Positions 26,274 through 39,000 of a stretch of 64,000 bases of DNA are shown piece by piece. This stretch comes from Dipteris shenzhenensis. Lineage: Eukaryota. Each line of letters starts with the position of its first letter. Position 1 is the stretch's first letter. The notes beneath the pieces were generated by a model that saw nothing but the letters and a program-made list of their open reading frames with translations, was not told the DNA's origin and did not search any database. The translations under genes were made by a program, and so were the position numbers. Location of the stretch: the NCBI GenBank assembly GCA_047967505.1, contig CM106538.1. The stretch is one strand, 5' to 3'.

Positions 26274-26898
26274 GGAACCATGGTGCACATGCCTTAGCTT
26301 GTCGCCCTCCTAACCTGTGAAAATACACTGAGAAAGGGCTTGATACTTGGCCTCTGTGGAAGACGGCGACCATCTTGAGCAGGAGCATAGAGCCAGTAAG
26401 GCTCTCATGAGTCAGTGGATTTCTCGTACATCCACCACCGCCATTGATGATGCTACTAGCTTCGTGGCTTCCACCCTCGGAGTCTAGGAGCATGGGATTG
26501 AGGCGCATGGCTCATAGTGTGTGACCCACCTGAGAGTAGCCTCTTGTCATTTGATTCAGAAACACTCAGGCTCGCGCCTTGCAGCATTGTGTAAGCAGAC
26601 AATGCTACAAACCACCCCCATATTCACACCCTTATAGGCAGAGGAGAGGCACACCTTCCGGCAGCAACGAGATGTTCTAAATGAACCCTTCATAGGGTGG
26701 AAGTTATGAGGCCTTGACCGCCCCCAAGTCGAAAGGGCGGAACAACAACAAGAAGGGCAAAGGGAAGTTTGCCCTAGTTGAAGTCTTCCAAGAAGATATC
26801 CAACACGAATCGTGATGCCTTGAAGGCCAATCCGACATGCAACTACTGTGGCCAAGAGGGTAACTACTGCGGGGTATGTCCTCAGCAGAGCCACAAGA
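26274..26898 (-). mobile_element. Highly degenerate Copia-derived internal fragment
   Basis: Minus-strand SSTEAKYQALS resembles the RNase H SSTEAEY motif; satellite resumes at 26899. Confidence 0.5.
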
Positions 26899-27749
26899 TT
26901 ATCTGACCAAGTACTTATCGGATGGGTGTGCCTCTTTGAAAACATGTCAACGCCACCTAGGTTAAGGCATAGGAAAAGTATTGTTCCCATTGGATATGCT
27001 TTGCATGGTCGATCGAGCATTAAATACCATTTTTGCCTTAATGTCATGCACATCTGTAAAAAACACACTGCTAGGTATGTTATCCGATCAAGTACTTATG
27101 GGATGGGCGTCCCACTTTGCATGTAAGGCAATTACACCTAGTTTAAGGTGTGTGCAAAGTGTTATGCCCATCGGATATGCTTTGCATTGTCGATCAAGCA
27201 TAAAACACCATTTTTGCTCTAGTGTAATGCACAATCATAAAAAAACACGGTCCTAGGTGTGTTATTCAAACAAGTACCTATCGGATGGGGGCTCCACTTT
27301 GCATGCAAGTCTGTTTCAACTAGATTTAGGTGCATGCAAAGTATTGTGACCATTGGATACACTTTGCATGGTCGATCAAGCATTATACACCGTTTTTCCT
27401 ATAGTGATATGCACATCCACAAAAAAACACGACCTTAGGTGTGTTATCTGACCAAGTACTTATCGGATGGGTGTGCCTCTTTGAAAACTTGTCAATACCA
27501 CCTAGTTTGAGGCATAGGAAAAGTATTGTGTCCATCGGATATCCTTGTGTGGGAGCCCCTTATTCTTGCTAGGGCTTGGGGGCCAGTTGGCTCCCAGCTA
27601 GGGGGTCCCTAGTGACATGCACATCCATAAAAAAACACACCCTTAGGTGTGTTATATGACCAAGTACTTATCGGATGGGTGTGCCTGTTTGAAAACATGT
27701 CAATACCACCTAGGTTGAGGTGTAGGAAAAGTATTGTGCCCATCGGATA

Positions 27750-30099
27750 TGACAAAGTGAGGGATCAAGGAGGATCAAAGCACCACAAGAGAGACATAGG
27801 GTAGAAAACACTCAATCTATTGCAATGGGTGTAATCAACAATACGTCATGTGTGTAAGGCTTCTTATATAGAGAGAGCCTTTAGAATAGTCAAACCATGT
27901 GGGATCCTCTCATCCACATCTCTCCTTGTGGATATCCTCAATCCACATCTCCACATCATGTAGTCCACATCTTAGGGTGGCTACTTTAATACATTCCTTA
28001 TCACATACCTTTGCCCTTTAATCTATGTGCTAATGGCACCATATCTCAACACGTCCCCTTGGTGCCATGATCCTTTGGCTACTGCAAGGTGGTCAGATGT
28101 GAGTTACATTCCATCACCTCCCCTTAGTGCCATGGTCCTTGGGCTACTGCAAGGTGGTCAGATGTAAGTTTCTACATGTCAATACCTCCCCTGGGTGCTT
28201 TCATAGCTACTCTCATGTGGTCAGGTTTGATTTACAAAACATGTGGGCTGAAGGTGGCAAGGATTTTGCTTTTCAGTGCTTCATGTCGATGTCGTTGTCT
28301 TCTTTGCTTGATGTAGCTTGATGCATGATGCTTTGTTCTTCCATGTGCCTTAATGCTTTCTGTGTGGATGCCATGCTTTTTGCTATGGTCATCTCATGCA
28401 CTTGAGCTTTTGGCATGCTTATGATGACGATGTGTACATTCATGCTTTGATTTGTCATTTGTTGCAAAGGTCTTACCAATTGATTTTTTTTCAATATTGG
28501 CAGTGTCTAATTGCATACAATGATTTTGATCTAACAAGCGTGTAGAGCTCGAAAAGATGATCACTTTTCCTTTTTGGAGCGTGTCCAAATTCTTCCTGGA
28601 TTGGAAGTTACGGCTTGTCAAAGGTTCTGTGAAGAAGAGGGCCTTTGATGATGGGGATTTACATGTAGAATTCAAAACTGTGCTTAACAAGGGGCTGTGT
28701 GCTTAGGTGGCATGATGATGTGGTAGTTCACCAATCGTGAACCTAAACCTAGCCATGGCATATTGGATTGAGCTGATCGGGGTTGGGTTGACCAACCTTA
28801 TCCATTGTTGACCCAAGGTCAAATAAACCTAACTATGGTTAGTTTCTATCTTCCAGCCAGGTGGCCTAAGGTTTGAAACCTTAGGTTGCTTTCAGGCAAC
28901 GGAGGTTCTGAAGGTAGCGCGCCATTCGCTGGTTGCACATTTGGAGGAGACCCGTTGGTTGCTGATGGAGTCGAGTCTGGAAGCTTGGCCTTGCCAGAGT
29001 TTTCTAGTTGTAGTTTGAGGATGGTTGGCTACCGACCGTCGAGTGCCGTGGACTATTCGATGGAGAAGCTATAGATGGCTATCGTTGTAGCCACCGTTTG
29101 TTCATGGTCGTGAAGCTCGTGAGACTTTGGAGACAGTGAGTCATAGCTGGAGTGTGAAGTGTTGGCCATGCAGGAGGTTATGAGTCGGAGCCATTGATGG
29201 GCTGGGCTGGAGAGTCTACCATAGCTTGGGAGCTACAACACGTATGACGTCCGTTTGTGTGCTGGGAGCTAGTCCATCGAGTCAGATGCAACAGCGCTGG
29301 AACTAGAGCATTGAAGAATGCTGTGGAGAGAATGGGTTGTTGCAAGAGAGCTGGTTGATAGCGGCTAGTAAAGCTTGGCGTAGGCAAGTCAAGGGTCGCA
29401 AGGGTCGACTACTTGCTGTACTCCTTTTTCTTGTAGGTGCCAGCCCCGATGGACAATCGATATGTCATTTGGCGAGGACGTGCCGACTAGTGAAGGCACA
29501 TCCAGCTGAGTCTCTAGCATGGAGTCGAGCTTTGCTAGTTGAAGCCGTGGTCGAGCTAGTTGTTGAAGTTTGTCTGTTGCTACAGGTCGCCTGGGCACTG
29601 AGTCGATGAAGCCTTGTGTGGCTGGTAGCTGACCATATATGGAGGGTTAGCCTTAGTCTTGGAGTTATAGGTTGCTTGCTAGTCCTCTCGAACCAGAAGT
29701 ACCTTCAACCCTCAATATCTCTTAAGGAACCTCAGAGATCCTCCATAGATCAAAGAAATGAGAACTCTTTCACATTGAGTCAATGAAACCACATGAGGAT
29801 TCTCTCTCACTCTCTCTCAGAAAGTAGAGGTGTCTCATTAATATCTTTCACACAATCTCTCAAGGGAATAAAGTGAAGAATGAATCTAAATTTCTCGCTC
29901 TCTCATGAATGAAAATGGATGGAAATTTCTGAAACAAACGAAAGTTCTTTTTGTTTTCAACACAATCTATGGAAGTGAACTCTCACAAGAATGCTCAAGA
30001 AGCTCTCAATCTCTTAATCACTATCACACTCTCACAAAGATGGCGCCTCAGTGGAAGGCAGAACCATGCTCAAATACCATGACAAAGTGAGGGATCAAG
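27750..30099 (-). mobile_element. Non-autonomous LTR retroelement: 3' LTR 27750-28051, PBS-like 30068-30079, 5' LTR reduced to 20 bp (30080-30099)
   Basis: TGACAAAGTGAGGGATCAAG at both 27750 and 30080; minus strand TGGTATTTGAGC next to it; no pol motifs inside. Confidence 0.8.
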
Positions 30100-33000
30100 C
30101 CTCTTTGAGAACATTTCAATACCACCTAGGTTGAGGCATAGGAAAAGTATTGTGCCCATCGGATATCCTTTGCATGGTTGATCGAGCAAATACCATTTTT
30201 GCTCGTGTCATGCACATCCGTAAAAAAACACACTGCTAGGTATGTTATCCGATCAAGTACTTATGGGATGGGCATGCCACTTTGCATGTAAGTCAATTTC
30301 ACCTAGTTGAATGTGTGTGCACAGTATTGTGCCCATCGGATATGCTTTGCATTGTCCATCAAGCATAAAACACCATTTTTGCCTTAGTGTCATGCACAAC
30401 CATAAAAAAACACGATCCTAGGTATGTTATTCAAACAAGTACTTCTCAGATGGGAGCTCCACTTTTCATGCAAGTCCATTTCAACTAGGTTGAGGTGCGT
30501 GCAAAGTATTGTGACCATCGAATATGCTTTGCATGGTTGATCGCGCATTATACAACGTTTTTCCTGTAGTGATATGCACATCCGCAAAAAAACACGACCT
30601 TAGGTGTGTTATCTCACCAAGTACTTATCGGATTGGTATGCCTCTCTGAAAACATGTCAATACCACCTAGGTTAAGGCATAGGAAAAGTATTGTTCCCAT
30701 CGTATATGCTTTGCATGGTTGATCGAGCATTAAATACCATTTTTGCCTTAGTGTCATGCACATCCGTAAAACAACACGCTACTAGGTATGTTATCTGGTC
30801 AAGTACTTATGGCATGGGAATGCCAATTTGCATGTAAGTCAATTCCATCTAGTTTAAGGTTTGTCCAAAGTGTTATGCCCATCGGACATGCTTTGCATTA
30901 CAAAACACCATTTTTGCCTTAGTGTAATGCACAACCATAAAAAAACACGGTCCTAGGTACGTTACTCAGACAAGTACTTATCGGATGGGGGCTCCACTTT
31001 GCACACAAGTCTATTCCAACTAGATTGAGGTGCGTGCAAAGTATTGTGACCATCGGATATGCTTTGCATGGTCGATCACCCATTATACACCGTTTTTCTC
31101 GTAGTGATATGCACATCCGCAAAAAAACACGCCCTTAGGTGTGTTATCTGACCAAGTACTCATCGGATGGGTGTGCCTCTTTGAAAAGACATCAATAACA
31201 CCTAGTTTAAGGCATAGGAAAAGTATTGTGCCCATCGGATATGCTTTGCATGGTCGATCGAGCATTAAATACCATTTTTGCCTTAGTGTCATGCACATCC
31301 GTAAAAAAACACGCTGCTAGGTATGTTATCCAATCAAGTACTTATGGGATGGGCATGCCACTTTGCATGCAAGTCAATTACACCTAGTTTAAGGTGTGCA
31401 CAAAGTGTTATGCCCATCGGATATGCTTTGCATTGTCGATCAAGCATAAAACACCATTTTTGCTCTAGTGTAATGCACAACCATAAAAAAACACGGTCCT
31501 AGGTGTCTTATTCAAACAAGTACTTATCGGATGGGAGCTCCACTTTGCACGCAAGACTTTTTCAACTAGGTTGAGGTGCGTGCAAAGTATTCTGACCATT
31601 TGATATGCTTTGCATGGTCGATCACGCATTATATACCGTTTTTCCTGTAGTGATATGCACATCCGCAAAAAAACACGCCCTTAGGTGTGTTATCTGACCA
31701 AGTACTTATCGGATGGGTGTGCCTCTTTGAGAACTTGTCAATACCACCTAGTTTGAGGCATAGGAAAAGTATTGTGTCCATCGGATATCCTTTGCATTGT
31801 CGATCGAGCATTAAATACCATTTTTGCTCTAGTGTCATGCACATCTGTAAAGAAACACGCTGCGAGGTATGTTATCTAATCAAGTACTTATGGAATGGGT
31901 GCCCCACTTTGCATGTAAGTTAATTCCACCTAGTTAAAGGTGTGTGCAAAGTATTGTGCCCATCAGATATGCTTTGCATTGTCGATCAAGCATAAAACAC
32001 CATTTTTGCCTTAGTGTCATGCACAACCATTAAAAAACACAGTCCTAGGTGTGTTATTCAAACAAGTACTGCTCAGATGGGCACTCCACTTTGCACACAA
32101 GCCTGTTTCAACTAGGTTAAGGTGCATGCAAAGTATTGTGACCATCGGATATGCTTTGCATGGTCGATCACGCATTGTCCACCATTTTTCCCGTAGTGAT
32201 ATGCACATCCGTAAAAAAATACGCCCTTAGGTATGTTATCTGACCAAGTACTTATCGGATGGGTGTGCCTCTTTGAAAACATTTCAATACCACCTAGGTT
32301 GAGGCATAGGCAAAGTATTGTGCCCATCGCATTCAATATCATTTTTGCCTTATGGTCATGCACATCTGTAAAAAAACACGCTGCTAGGTATGTTATCCAA
32401 TCAAGTACTTATGGGATGGGAATGCCACTTTGCATGTAAGTCAATTCCACCTATTTTAAGGTCTGTGCAAAGTTTTATTCCCATTGGATATGCTTTGCAT
32501 TGTCGATCAAGCATAAAACACGGTTTTTGCCTTAGTCTAATGCACAACCATAAAAAAACACGGTCCTAGGTATGTTATTCAAACAAGTACTTATCGGATG
32601 GGGGCTGCACTTTGCACACAAGTCTTTTTCAACTAGATTGAGGTGCATGCAAAGTATTGTGACCATCGGATATACTTTTCATAGTCGATCACGCATTATA
32701 CACTGTTTTTCCTGTAGTGATATGCACATCCGTAAAAAAACATGCCCTTAGGTGTGTTATCTGATCAAGTACTTATCAGATGGGTGTGCCTCTTTGAAAA
32801 CATGTCAATACCACCTAGGTTAGGGCATAGGAAAATTATTGTGCCCATCGGATATGCTTTGCATGGTCGATCGAGGATTAAATACCATTTTTGCATTAGT
32901 GTCATGCACATTCGTAAAAAAACACGCTGCTAGGTATGTTATCCGATCAAGTACTTATGGGATGGGCATGCCACTTTGCATGTAAGTCAATTACACATAG

Positions 33001-36000
33001 TTTAAGGTGTGTGCGAAGTGTTATGCCCATCGGATGTGCTTTGCATTGTCGATCAAGCATAAAATACCATTTTTGCTCTAGTGTAATGCACAACCATAAA
33101 ACAACACGATCCTAGGTGTGTTATTCAAACAAGTACTTATTGGATAGGGGATCCACTTTGCATGCAAGTCTGTTTCAACTAGGTTGAGGTGCGTGCAAAG
33201 TATTGTGATCATTGGATATGCTTTGCATGGTTTATCATGCATTATCCACCATTTTTCCCGTAGTGATATAACATCCGCAAAAAAATATGCCCTTAGGTGT
33301 GTTATCTGACCAAGTACTTATCGAATGGGTGTGCCTCTTTGAAAACATTTCAATACCACATAGCTTGAGGTGTAGGAAAAGTATTGTGCCCATTGGATAT
33401 GCTTTGCATGGTCGATCGCGCATTAAATACCATTTTTGCCGTAGTGTCATGCACATCCATTAAAAAACATGCTGCTAGGTATGTTATCCGATCAAGTACT
33501 TATGGGATGGTAATGCCACTTTGCATGTAAGTGAATTCCACCTAGTTTAAGGTTTGTGCAAAGTGTTGTACCCATCAGATATGCTTTGCATTGTCGATCA
33601 AGCATAAAACACTCTTTTTGCCTTAGCGTAATGCACAACCATAAAAAAACACGGTCGTAGGTATGTTATTCAAACAAGTACTTATTGGATGGGGGATCCA
33701 CTTTGCACACAAGTCTCTTTCAACTAGATTGAGGTGCATGCAAAGTATTGTGACCATCGGATATGCTTTGCATGGTCGATCACGCATTATACACCATTTA
33801 TCCTGTAGTGATGTGCACATCCATAAAAAAACACACCGTTAGGTGTGTTATCTGACCAAGTACTTATTGGATGGGTGTGCCTCTTTGAAAACATGTCAAT
33901 ACCCCCTAGGTTAATGCATAGGAAAAGTATTGTTCCCATCGGATATGCTTTGCATGGTCAATCGAGCATTAAATACCATTTTTGCCTTAGTGTCATGCAC
34001 ATCCATAAAAAAACACACTGCTAGGTATGTTATCCGATCAAGTACTTATGGGATGGGAATGCCACTTTGCATGTAAGTTGATTCCACCTATTTTAAGGTG
34101 TGTGCAAAGTGTTATGCCCATCGGATATGCTTTCCATTGTTGATCAAGCATAAAACACCGTTTTTGCCTTAGTGTAATGGACAACCATAAAAAAACACGG
34201 TCCTAGGTGTGTTATTCAAACAAGTACTTATCGGATGGAGCCTCCACTTTGCACGCAACTCTATTTTAACTAGATTGAGGTGTCTGAAAAGTATTGTGAC
34301 CATCGGATATGGTTTGCATGGTCGATCACGCATTATACACCGTTTTTCTTGTAGTGATATGCACATCCGCAAAGAAACATGCCCTTAGGTGTGTTATTTG
34401 ACCAAGTACTTATCGGATGGGTATGCCTCTTTGAAAACATGTCAATACCACCTAGTTTAAGGCATAGGAAAAGTATAGTAACCATCGGATATGCTTTGCA
34501 TGGTCAATCGAGCATTGAATACCATTTTTTCCTTAGTATCATGCACATCCGTAAAAAAACACGCTGCTAGGTATGTTATCCGATCAAGTACTTATGGGAT
34601 GGGCGTGCCACTTTGCATGTAAGTCAATTCCACCTAGTTGAATGTGTGTGAAAAGTATTGAGCCCATCGAATATGGTTTGCATTGTCGATCAAGCATAAA
34701 ACTCCGTTTTTGCCTTAGTGTCGTGCACAACCATAAAAAAACACGGTCCTAGGTGTGTTACTCAAACAAGTACTTTTCATATGGGAGATCCACTTTGCAT
34801 GCAAGTCCATTTCAACTAGGTTGAGGTGCGTGCAAAGTATTGTGACCATCGGATATGCTTTGCATGGTCGATCACACATTATACACCGTTTCTCCTGTAG
34901 TGATGCAGATCCGTAAAAAAACACGCCCTTAGGTGTGTTATCTGACCAAGTACTTATCGGATGGGTGTGCCTCTTCGAAAACATGTCAATAATACCTAGA
35001 TTAAGGTGTGGGAAAAGTATTGTGTCCATCGAATATGCTTTGCATGGTCGATCGAGCATTAAATACCATTTTTGCCTTAGTGTCATGCACATTCGTAAAA
35101 AAACACGCTGCTAGGTATGTTATCCGATCATGTACTTATGGGATGGGAATGCCACTTTGCATGTAAGTCAATTCCACCTAGTTTAAGCTGTGTGCAAAGT
35201 GTTATACCCATTGGATATGCTTTGCATTGTCGATCAAGCATAAAACACCGGTTTTGCCTTAATGTAATGCACAACCATAAAAAAACACGGTCCTAGTTGT
35301 GTTATTCAAACAAGTACTTATCGGATGGGGGCTCCACTTTGCACACAAGTCTGTTTGAACTAGTTTGAGGTGCATGCAAAGTATTGTGACCATCAGATAT
35401 GCTTCGCATGGTCGATCACGCATTATACACCGTTTTTCCTGTATTGATATGCACATCCGCAAAAAAACACGCCCTGACGTGTGTTATCTGACCAAGTACT
35501 TATCGGATGGGTGTGCCTCTTTGAAAACATGTCAATACCACTAGGTTAAGGCGTAGGAAAAGTATTGTGCCCATCGGATATGCTTTGCATGGTCGATTGA
35601 GCATTAAATACCATTTTTGCCTTAGTGTCATGCACATCCGTAAAAAAACACGCTGCTAGGTATGTTATCTGATCAAGTATTTATGGGATGGGCATGCCAC
35701 TTTGCATGTACAATTCTACCTAGTTTAAGGTGTGTGCAAAGTGTTATGGCCATCGGATATTCTTTGCATTGTCGATCAAGCGTAAAACACCATTTTTGCT
35801 CTAGTGTAATGCACAACCATAAAACAACATGGTCCTAGGTGTGTTATTCAAACAAGTACTTACCAGATGGGGGCTCCACTTTTCACGCAAGTCTCTTTTA
35901 ACTAGGTTGAGGTGCGTGCAAAGTATTGTGACCATTGGATATGCTTTGCATGGTGGATCACACATTATACACCATTTTTCCCCTAGTGACATGCACATCC

Positions 36001-39000
36001 ACAAAAAAACACGCCCTTAGGTGTGTTATCTGACCAAGTACTTATCGGATGGGTGTGCCTGTTTGAAAACATGTCAATACCACCTAGGCTGAGGCTTAGG
36101 AAAAGTATTGTGCCCATCGGATATGCTTTGCATGGCCGATCAAGCATTAAATACCATTTTTTCCTTAGTGTCATGCACATCCGTAAAAAAACACGCTGCT
36201 AGGTATGTTATCCAATCAAGTACTTATGGGATGGGCATGCCACTTTGCATGTAAGTCAATTCCACCTAGTTTAAGGTATGTGCAAAGTATTGTACCCATC
36301 GGATATGCTTTGCATTGTCGGTCAAGCATAAAACACCGTTTTTGCCTTAGTGTCATGCACAACCATAAAAAAACACGTTCCTAGGAGTGTTATTCAAATA
36401 AGTACTTCTCAGATGGGGGCTCCACTTTGCATCCAAGTCCGTTTCAACTAGGTTGATGTGAGTGCAAAGTATTGTGACCATCATATATGATTTGCATGGT
36501 CAATCACGCATTATACACCGTTTTTCCCCTAGTGATATGCACATCCGTAAAAAAGCACGCCCTTAGGTGTGTTATCTGACCAAGTACTTATCGAATGGGT
36601 GTGCCTCTTTGAGAACATGTCAATACCACCTAGGTTGAGGCATAGGAAAAGTATTGTGCCCATAGGATATCCTTTCCATTATCGATCGAGCATTAAATAC
36701 CATTTTTTCTCTAGTATCATACACATCCGTAAAAAAACACGCTGCTGGGTATGTAATCTGATCACGTACTTATGGGATGGATGCGCCACTTTGCATGTAA
36801 GTTAATTCCACCTAGCTAAGGTATGTGCAAAGTATTGTGCCCATCGAATATGCCTTGCATTGTCGATCAAGCATAAAACACCGTTTTTGCCTTAGTGTCA
36901 TGCACAACCATAAAAAAACATGGTCCTAGGTGTGTTATTCAAACAAGTACTTCTCAGATGGGGGCTCAACTTTTCACACCAGTCCATTTCAACTAGGTTG
37001 AGATGTGTGCAAAGTATTGTGACCATTGGATATGCTTTGCATGGTCGATCACGCATTATCCACCGTTTTTCCCGTAGTGATATGCACTTCCGCAAAAAAA
37101 ACACGCCCTTAGGTATGTTATCTGACCAAGTACTTATCGGATGGGTGTGCCTCTTTGAGAAAATTTCAATACCACCAAGGTTGAGGCGTAGGAAAAGTAT
37201 TGTGCCCATTGGATATCCTTTGCATGGTCGATCGAGCATTGAATACTATTTTGCTCTAGTGTCATGCACATCCTTAAAAAAACACGCTGCTAGGTATGTT
37301 ATCTGATCAAGTACTTATGGCATGGGCGCGCCACTTTGCATGTAAGTCAATTCCACATATTTGAAGGTGTGTGCAAAGTATTGTGCCCATCAGATATACT
37401 TTGCATTGTCGATCAAGCATAAAACACCATTTTTGCCTTAGTGTCATGCACAACCATAAAAAAACACGGTCCTAGGTGTGTTTTTCAAACACGTACTTAT
37501 CGGATGGGGGTCCACTTTGCAACCAAGTCCGTTTCAACTAGGTTGAGGTGCGTGCAAAGTATTGTGACCATCGGATATGCTTTGCATGGTCGATCACGCA
37601 TTATACAACTTTTTTCCTGTAGTGATATGTACATCTGCAAAAAAACACGCCCTTAGGTATGTTATCTGACCAAGTACTTATTGGATGGGTATGCCTCTTT
37701 GAAAACATGTCAATACCACCTAGGTTAAGGTGTAGGAAAAGTATTGTGCCCATCGGATATGCTTTGCATGGTCGATCAAGCATTAATTACCATTTTTGCC
37801 TTAGTGTCATGCACATCCGTAAAAAAACACGCTGCTAGGTATGTTATCCGATCAAGTACTTATGGGATGGGAATGCCACTTTGCATGTAAGTCGATTCCA
37901 TCTAGTTTAAGGTGTGTGCAAAGTGTTATGCCCACTGGATATGCTTTGCATTGTCGATCAAGCATAAAACACCGTTTTTACCTTGGTGTCATGCACAACC
38001 ATAAAAAACACGGTCCTAGGTGTGTTATTCAAACAAGTTCTCAGATGGGGGCTCCACTTTGCACATAAGTCCATTTCAACTAGGTTGAGGTGCATGCAAA
38101 GTATTGTGACCATCGAATATGCTTTGCATGGTCGATCTCGCATTATCCACCGTTTTTGCTGTAGTGATATGCACATCTGCAAAAAAAGATGCCCTTAAGT
38201 ATGTTATTTGACCAAGTACTTATTGGATGGGTGTGCCTCTTTGAGAACATTTCAGTACCACATAGGTTAAGGCATAGGAAAAGTATTGTGCCCATCGGAT
38301 ATCCTTTGCATGGTCGATCGAGCATTAAATACAATTTTTGCTCTAGTGTCATGCACATCCGTAAAAAAACACGTTGCTAGGTATGTTATTCAATCAAGTA
38401 CTTATGGGATGGGCGCTCCACTTTGCATGGAAGTCAATTTCACCTATTTTAAGGTGTGTGCAAAGTGTTATGCCCATCTGATATGCTTTGCATTGTCGAT
38501 CAAGCATAAAACACCGTTTTTGCCTTAGTGTCATGCACATCCGTAAAAAAACACGCTACTAGGTATGTTATTCGATCAAGTACTTATGGGATGGACATTC
38601 CACTTTGTACGCAAGTCCATTTCAACTAGGTTGAGGTGCATGCAAAGTATTGTGACCATCCGGATATGCTTTGCATGGTCGATCATGCATTATCCACTGT
38701 TTTTACCGTAGTGATACATCCACAAAAAAACATGCCCTTAGGTATGTTATCTGACCAAGTACTTATCGGATGGGTGTGCCTCTTTGAGAACATTTCAATA
38801 CCACCTAGGTTGAGGTGTAGGAAAATTATTATGCCCATCAAATATCCTTTGCATGGTCGATCGAGCATTAAATACCATTTTTGCTCTAGTGTCATGCACA
38901 TCCGTAAAAAAACATGCTACTAGGTATGTTATTCGATCAAGTACTTATAAGATGGGCGCTCCACTTTGCATGTAAGTCAATTTCACCTAGTTGAATGTGT

